From an uncultured Alphaproteobacteria bacterium (GTDB lineage: Bacteria; Pseudomonadota; Alphaproteobacteria; Rhizobiales; Xanthobacteraceae), in the NCBI GenBank assembly GCA_963721025.1, contig CAVRHN010000014.1:87835-151834 (forward strand): DNA of 64,000 nucleotides. The letters are read 5' to 3'. The notes under the pieces were generated by a model. That model saw nothing but the letters and a program-made list of their open reading frames with translations, searched no databases and was not told where the DNA came from. Position numbers and translations under genes: made by a program. Shown here piece after piece: positions 59,349 to 64,000 of this stretch; the first letter of the stretch is position 1, and each line of letters starts with the position of its first letter.

Positions 59349-61451
59349 ATGCGTCCGTCGGTTCTCAACCCGCTTTTTGCTCCGCTGTCGGCACTGTCCG
59401 GAATCGGGCCCCGACTGGAACAGCTGTTCGGGCGCCTCTTGGCGCGCGAGGGCGAACGGCCGCGCGTCGTCGATCTGCTGTTTCATCTGCCGATCGGCTT
59501 CGTCGATCGGCGCAACCAGCCCAAGCTCTCCGCCGTCGAGCCCGATACGGTGGTGACCGTCGCCGTCACCATCGATCGCCACCGGCCGCCGCCGCCGAAC
59601 CGCCCGCGCGCGCCCTACAGCATCGACGCTAGCGACGAGACCAACACGCTCACCATCACCTATTTCAATGCGCGCCGCGACTATCTGCAAAAGCTCTTTC
59701 CGGTCGGCGAGAAACGCTACGTGTCGGGCACCGCGACGCTGTATGACGGCCATCTGCAGATGCTGCATCCCGACCGCGTGGTCGACGAAGCCGGCTTTGC
59801 CAACCTGCCGCTGATCGATCCGGTCTACCCGCTCACCGAAGGGCTCCACCCCAACCAGTTGCGCAAGGCGCTCGATCTCGCGCTCGATCGCATCCCGGCG
59901 CTGCCGGAATGGCAGGACGCGGCCTGGCTCAAGCGCAACGCTTTTCCGGGCTTTGCCGACGCCTTGCGCAGCCTGCATCGTCCGGCGTCGCCTGACGACC
60001 TCAAGCCGGAAGGTCCGGCCTGGTCGCGGCTCGCTTATGACGAATTGCTCGCCGGTCAGCTGGCGCTGGCGCTTCTGCGCGCTCACCAACGCATACGGGC
60101 CGGCCGCGGCAGCGCCGCCGAGGGACGCCTACGCCAGCGCATCATCGCCGCGCTGCCCTATACGCTCACGCCGTCACAGCAACGCGCGGTCGCCGGCATC
60201 GTCGCCGATCTGGCGCAGCCCAACCGCATGCTGCGGCTTCTCCACGGCGACGTCGGTTCCGGCAAGACGCTCGTTGCGCTACTCGCCGCCGCGACCGTGA
60301 TCGAGGCCGGCCGCCAGGCGGCGTTCATGGCGCCAACCGAAATCCTCGCGCGCCAGCATTTTGCGACAATCGCGCCGCTCGCCGCCGCCGCCGATATCCG
60401 CCTCGCCATTCTGACCGGCCGCGAGCGCGGCCGCGAACGCGCGGAGATTCTCTCCGCGCTGGGCACCGGCGACATCGACCTCATGGTCGGCACGCACGCG
60501 CTCTTTCAGGAAGACGTGGCATTCCACGATCTTGCATTGGCCATCGTCGACGAGCAGCACCGCTTCGGCGTGCACCAGCGGTTGGCGCTGGCGCGCAAGG
60601 GCGAGGCGGTCGACCTTCTGGTGCTGACGGCGACGCCGATCCCGCGCACATTGGTGCTGACTTATTTCGGCGACATGGATGTCTCGGAGCTGCGCGAAAA
60701 GCCGGCCGGACGGCAGAAGATCGACACCCGCGCCGTGCCGCTGGAGCGGCTCGGCGAAGTCATCGAGGCGGTGCAGCGCGCGCTCGCGGACGGCCGGCGC
60801 GTCTATTGGGTGTGCCCGCTGGTCGAGGAATCCGAAAGCATCGATCTCGCCGCGGCCGAAGAGCGCCACACGGCGCTGAGAAAGCGCTTCGGCGACACCG
60901 TCGAGCTCATTCATGGCCGCATGCGCGGTCCCGAAAAGGACCGCGCCATGGCCCGCTTTGCCGAAGGCGCAGCGCGCATCCTGGTCGCGACCACGGTGAT
61001 CGAGGTCGGCGTCGACGTGCCCGAAGCCAGCGTCATGGTCATCGAGCACGCCGAGCGTTTCGGGCTGGCGCAGCTGCATCAATTGCGCGGGCGCGTCGGT
61101 CGCGGCGCCGCGCGTTCGACCTGTCTCTTGCTCTACAAAGCCCCGCTTGGCGAAACGGCCAAGGCGCGGCTGGCCATCTTGCGCGAGACCGACGATGGCT
61201 TTCGCATCGCGGAGGAGGATTTACGCTTGCGCGGCGAAGGCGACGTGCTCGGCACCCGGCAGAGCGGCATGCCCGGTTTTCGCCTCGCCCGCATCGAGGT
61301 CCATGGCAAGCTGCTCAGCGCCGCGCGCGACGATGCCGCGCTGGTGCTGGCGCGCGACCCGAAGCTCGGCTCGCCGCGCGGCGCCGCGCTACGCCACCTT
61401 CTTTATCTGTTCGCGCGCGACGAAGCGATCAGACTGCTGGGCGCCGGCTGA
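59349..61451 (+). CDS. recG: ATP-dependent DNA helicase RecG
   Basis: Wedge domain plus SF2 motifs (GDVGSGKT, DEQHRFG, TATPIPRTL). 700 aa. Confidence 0.95.
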   Translation: MRPSVLNPLFAPLSALSGIGPRLEQLFGRLLAREGERPRVVDLLFHLPIGFVDRRNQPKLSAVEPDTVVTVAVTIDRHRPPPPNRPRAPYSIDASDETNTLTITYFNARRDYLQKLFPVGEKRYVSGTATLYDGHLQMLHPDRVVDEAGFANLPLIDPVYPLTEGLHPNQLRKALDLALDRIPALPEWQDAAWLKRNAFPGFADALRSLHRPASPDDLKPEGPAWSRLAYDELLAGQLALALLRAHQRIRAGRGSAAEGRLRQRIIAALPYTLTPSQQRAVAGIVADLAQPNRMLRLLHGDVGSGKTLVALLAAATVIEAGRQAAFMAPTEILARQHFATIAPLAAAADIRLAILTGRERGRERAEILSALGTGDIDLMVGTHALFQEDVAFHDLALAIVDEQHRFGVHQRLALARKGEAVDLLVLTATPIPRTLVLTYFGDMDVSELREKPAGRQKIDTRAVPLERLGEVIEAVQRALADGRRVYWVCPLVEESESIDLAAAEERHTALRKRFGDTVELIHGRMRGPEKDRAMARFAEGAARILVATTVIEVGVDVPEASVMVIEHAERFGLAQLHQLRGRVGRGAARSTCLLLYKAPLGETAKARLAILRETDDGFRIAEEDLRLRGEGDVLGTRQSGMPGFRLARIEVHGKLLSAARDDAALVLARDPKLGSPRGAALRHLLYLFARDEAIRLLGAG

Positions 61452-61484
61452 TCTGCATGCTGACGGCGCCGAGTGGCGCAATTT

Positions 61485-61826
61485 TCAGAATTTACCCGCC
61501 CGCACCATCGCCTGCCAAAACTCGTTCCAGTCGGCGTAGGTTTGTTGGCCTTCGGCGGTCTTCACGGTCACCGTTTTGTCAGGATTCACGCGATAATAAA
61601 CGCCCTTATGGATCTGCGGAAAATCTGGGTCGGCGGAAACCTTTTGTTGGGCCGCATTTCTTTGCGGGGGCATCGCGAACAAAAATGCCCACGCGACCAG
61701 CGGTGAGCCTATGAGGGAGATAAAGAACCAAGCAGCCGACGAGCGTCCTCGCGCGGCTGCGGCAACAGCGATCGCTCCGGACAGAGCAATCCAGAAGTAG
61801 AAGGCGACAAGATATCCTAATTGCAT
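61485..61826 (-). CDS. Small hypothetical membrane protein
   Basis: Two N-terminal hydrophobic helices and a soluble C-terminal tail. 113 aa. No motif recognised. Confidence 0.5.
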   Translation of the reverse strand: MQLGYLVAFYFWIALSGAIAVAAAARGRSSAAWFFISLIGSPLVAWAFLFAMPPQRNAAQQKVSADPDFPQIHKGVYYRVNPDKTVTVKTAEGQQTYADWNEFWQAMVRAGKF

Positions 61827-61919
61827 GAGCCCCCACTACTCTCGCAGCAGCGCCCAACCAGAAAGTCGATTGAAAACACAACGTACGGGGGCCATGGACC
61901 TCGCCCGCCAGCCAATAGC

Positions 61920-62669
61920 CTACTTCGCCGGGCTGGGCGCCGCCTGGCGCGCCAGCTGTGCGGCGCGGGCGGTTTCGGCAAGCGCGGCAAGCTTGTTCTG
62001 CGGGTCGCCGCCGGGCTGAATGATGCCGGCGGAGATCAACAGCGTCATCGCCTGCTCGACGGTGATGTCGAGATCGATCACGTCGCGGCGCGGCACGTAG
62101 AAGAAGAAGCCCGTGGTCGGGTTCGGCGTGCACGGCAGGAACGCCGAGACGTGCTCGGTCTGCGGCAGATGTTTGGCAATCTCCGCGGTCGGCGGTTGGG
62201 TCAGAAACACCAGCGACCACATGCCCGGCGCCGGAAACTCGACCAGGCCGACGTGCCGGAAGCTCGAGTCCGAGCTGGAAAACAGCGTCTGGAAGATCTG
62301 CTTGGTGGTGCGGTAGATCGGCCGCACGATCGGCATGCGGTTCAACAGGCTTTCGCCGAAATCGACGAGCTTGCTGCCGACCAAGTTGGCGGTGAGAAAG
62401 CCGAGCAGCGTCAGCGCCGCGAGCACGATGATCAGGCCGAGACCCGGAATATTGACCGGCAGATAGGTCTCGGGGCGGTACGCCACCGGAAAAATCGGCC
62501 GCACCAGATTGTCGACCCAGGTGACGAACCACCAGATCAGCCACAACGTCACCGCCACCGGTCCGGCAACGATCAGCCCGGTCAAAAAGTAATTGCGGAG
62601 ACGGCTGACGATCCCGGCCTTGGCCGCGCCGCTGGATAGTGCCGCGCTGTGATCGTTGTCATCGATCAT
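61920..62669 (-). CDS. DUF502-domain membrane protein
   Basis: N-terminal LRNYFLTGLIVAGPVAVTLWLIWW pattern and overall layout are typical of DUF502. Start placed at the internal ATG (MIDDNDH). Confidence 0.78.
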   Translation of the reverse strand: MIDDNDHSAALSSGAAKAGIVSRLRNYFLTGLIVAGPVAVTLWLIWWFVTWVDNLVRPIFPVAYRPETYLPVNIPGLGLIIVLAALTLLGFLTANLVGSKLVDFGESLLNRMPIVRPIYRTTKQIFQTLFSSSDSSFRHVGLVEFPAPGMWSLVFLTQPPTAEIAKHLPQTEHVSAFLPCTPNPTTGFFFYVPRRDVIDLDITVEQAMTLLISAGIIQPGGDPQNKLAALAETARAAQLARQAAPSPAK

Positions 62670-62759
62670 GGTTTCGTCGCATCTGCCCGCTTCACAACTG
62701 CATCTATATAGCGACGCGACGTACGCGCCCAAGCGTCGCGCGGCGGCAAGCCGCGGCTG

Positions 62760-64000
62760 CTATTCCACCGTCACCGACTTGGCCAGGTTGCGCGGCTGAT
62801 CGACATCCGTGCCCAAGGCGACCGCGGTGTGATAGGCCAGCAGTTGCACCGGCACCGCATAGACCAGCGGCCCCACCGTCGCCGGCACGGTGGGAAGCGT
62901 CAGCGTCACCAGCGATTGGTCTGCTGCGGCGGCTGCACCCTTGGCGTCGGTCATCAGGATCAAGCGGCCACCGCGGGCGGCGACTTCCTGCATATTGGAC
63001 ACGGTCTTGTCGAACACCCGGTCGTGGGGGGCGATAACGATCACCGGCATGTTCTCGTCGATCAGCGCGATCGGGCCATGCTTGAGTTCGCCGGCCGCAT
63101 AACCCTCGGCGTGAATGTAGGAGATTTCCTTGAGCTTGAGCGCGCCTTCGAGCGCGATCGGATAGCTGGTGCCGCGGCCGAGATAGAGCACGTCGCGGCA
63201 TTTCGCCAGATCGCGGGCGAGTTGCTCGATCTGCGGCTCCAGCCTCAACGCCTCGGTCAGGTGGCGCGGTACTTCGATGAGGGCGTGCACCAGCCGCTTC
63301 TCGTCGCTCTCGCTAAGCACGCCGCGGGCGCGGCCCGCGGCGATCGCCAGCGCCGCCAGCGCCGCCAGCTGGCAGGTGAAAGCCTTGGTCGAAGCCACGC
63401 CGATTTCCGGACCGGCCAGCGTCGGCATGACGATGTCGCTTTCGCGGGCGATGGTCGAGGTCGGCACGTTGACGATGGAGAGAACGTGCTGCTTGTGCTC
63501 GCGCGCACAGCGCAACGATGCCAGCGTGTCGGCAGTTTCGCCCGACTGCGAAATGAAGATGGCAAGCTCGCCGGCCTCCAGCGGCACGTCGCGGTAGCGG
63601 AACTCAGAGGCGATGTCGACCTCGGCGGGCAAATGCGCCAAACGCTCGAACCAATACCGCGCGATCATGCCGGCGTAATAGGCGGTGCCGCAGGCGGCGA
63701 TCGAAATGCGCTTGAGCGCGCGGAAATCGAACGGCAGCGCCATCGGCAGCGCGACGCGCTCGGCCACCATATCGAGATAATTCGCTAGCGTATGGCCGAC
63801 GACCTCCGGCTGCTCGTGAATCTCCTTGGCCATGAAGTGGCGATGGTTGCCCTTGTCCATGAGCATCGCCGAAGCCTTCGACTTGAGCACGGCCCGATGC
63901 ACCACCTCGCCCTTGGCGTCGTAAATCTCCGCGCCGGTGCGGCTGATGACGGCGCAGTCGCCGTCTTCCAAATAGCTGACCATGTCGGTGAAGGGGGCAA
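62760..64000 (-). CDS. glmS: Glutamine--fructose-6-phosphate aminotransferase, C-terminal SIS-domain part (5' end outside window)
   Basis: Tandem SIS domains (SQSGETADT) and the canonical C-terminus ...AKSVTVE. The frame stays open to the window edge. Confidence 0.93.
   Translation of the reverse strand, partial: APFTDMVSYLEDGDCAVISRTGAEIYDAKGEVVHRAVLKSKASAMLMDKGNHRHFMAKEIHEQPEVVGHTLANYLDMVAERVALPMALPFDFRALKRISIAACGTAYYAGMIARYWFERLAHLPAEVDIASEFRYRDVPLEAGELAIFISQSGETADTLASLRCAREHKQHVLSIVNVPTSTIARESDIVMPTLAGPEIGVASTKAFTCQLAALAALAIAAGRARGVLSESDEKRLVHALIEVPRHLTEALRLEPQIEQLARDLAKCRDVLYLGRGTSYPIALEGALKLKEISYIHAEGYAAGELKHGPIALIDENMPVIVIAPHDRVFDKTVSNMQEVAARGGRLILMTDAKGAAAAADQSLVTLTLPTVPATVGPLVYAVPVQLLAYHTAVALGTDVDQPRNLAKSVTVE

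Overview
High-G+C chromosomal segment (hand-counted core lines are about 65-70% G+C). By gene order and repeat families it looks like an alphaproteobacterium of the Hyphomicrobiales, Bradyrhizobiaceae/Nitrobacteraceae-like; this is inference. About 56 kb is conserved housekeeping backbone: holB'-metG-tatD-MBL hydrolase; dps; mazG; hflX-hfq-dat-ntrX-ntrY-ntrC-ntrB; ispDF-cinA; ratA-like-lipA-lpd-(DUF559)-(beta-CA)-pdhC-pdhB-pdhA-ftsB-eno; queF; thiE; rimO; bioD; qor; pcs; ubiH-like; malyl-CoA-lyase-like; hspQ; ialB-like; yejA-like SBP; dsbA-like; mfd-sdhE divergent from recG; DUF502; glmS'. I recognised no rRNA, tRNA or CRISPR array. Short palindromic or REP/MITE-like repeat families are scattered throughout, and one copy sits in frame inside the pdhC linker. 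The main anomaly is an ~8.2 kb accessory stretch (47.07-55.33 kb) between the dsbA-like neighbourhood and mfd. It holds a ~1 kb repeat mosaic with no credible gene, a VOC-family gene, vapBC, a small ORF, an outer-membrane beta-barrel gene, and a lower-G+C two-gene cassette. The cassette's upstream gene encodes a Lys-rich, possibly winged-helix N-region plus a TIR-like (Cap12/PycTIR-type) C-domain, and is followed by an FRG-domain gene. That first gene is split by a 1,235-bp IS3-family element with imperfect terminal inverted repeats and a 4-bp GGCC duplication. Removing the IS plus one duplication copy restores a continuous ~380-codon ORF with its own sigma70-like promoter and RBS. This cassette is my best candidate for an uncharacterised conflict or defence system. 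All domain calls come from reading the translations by eye, with no database search.
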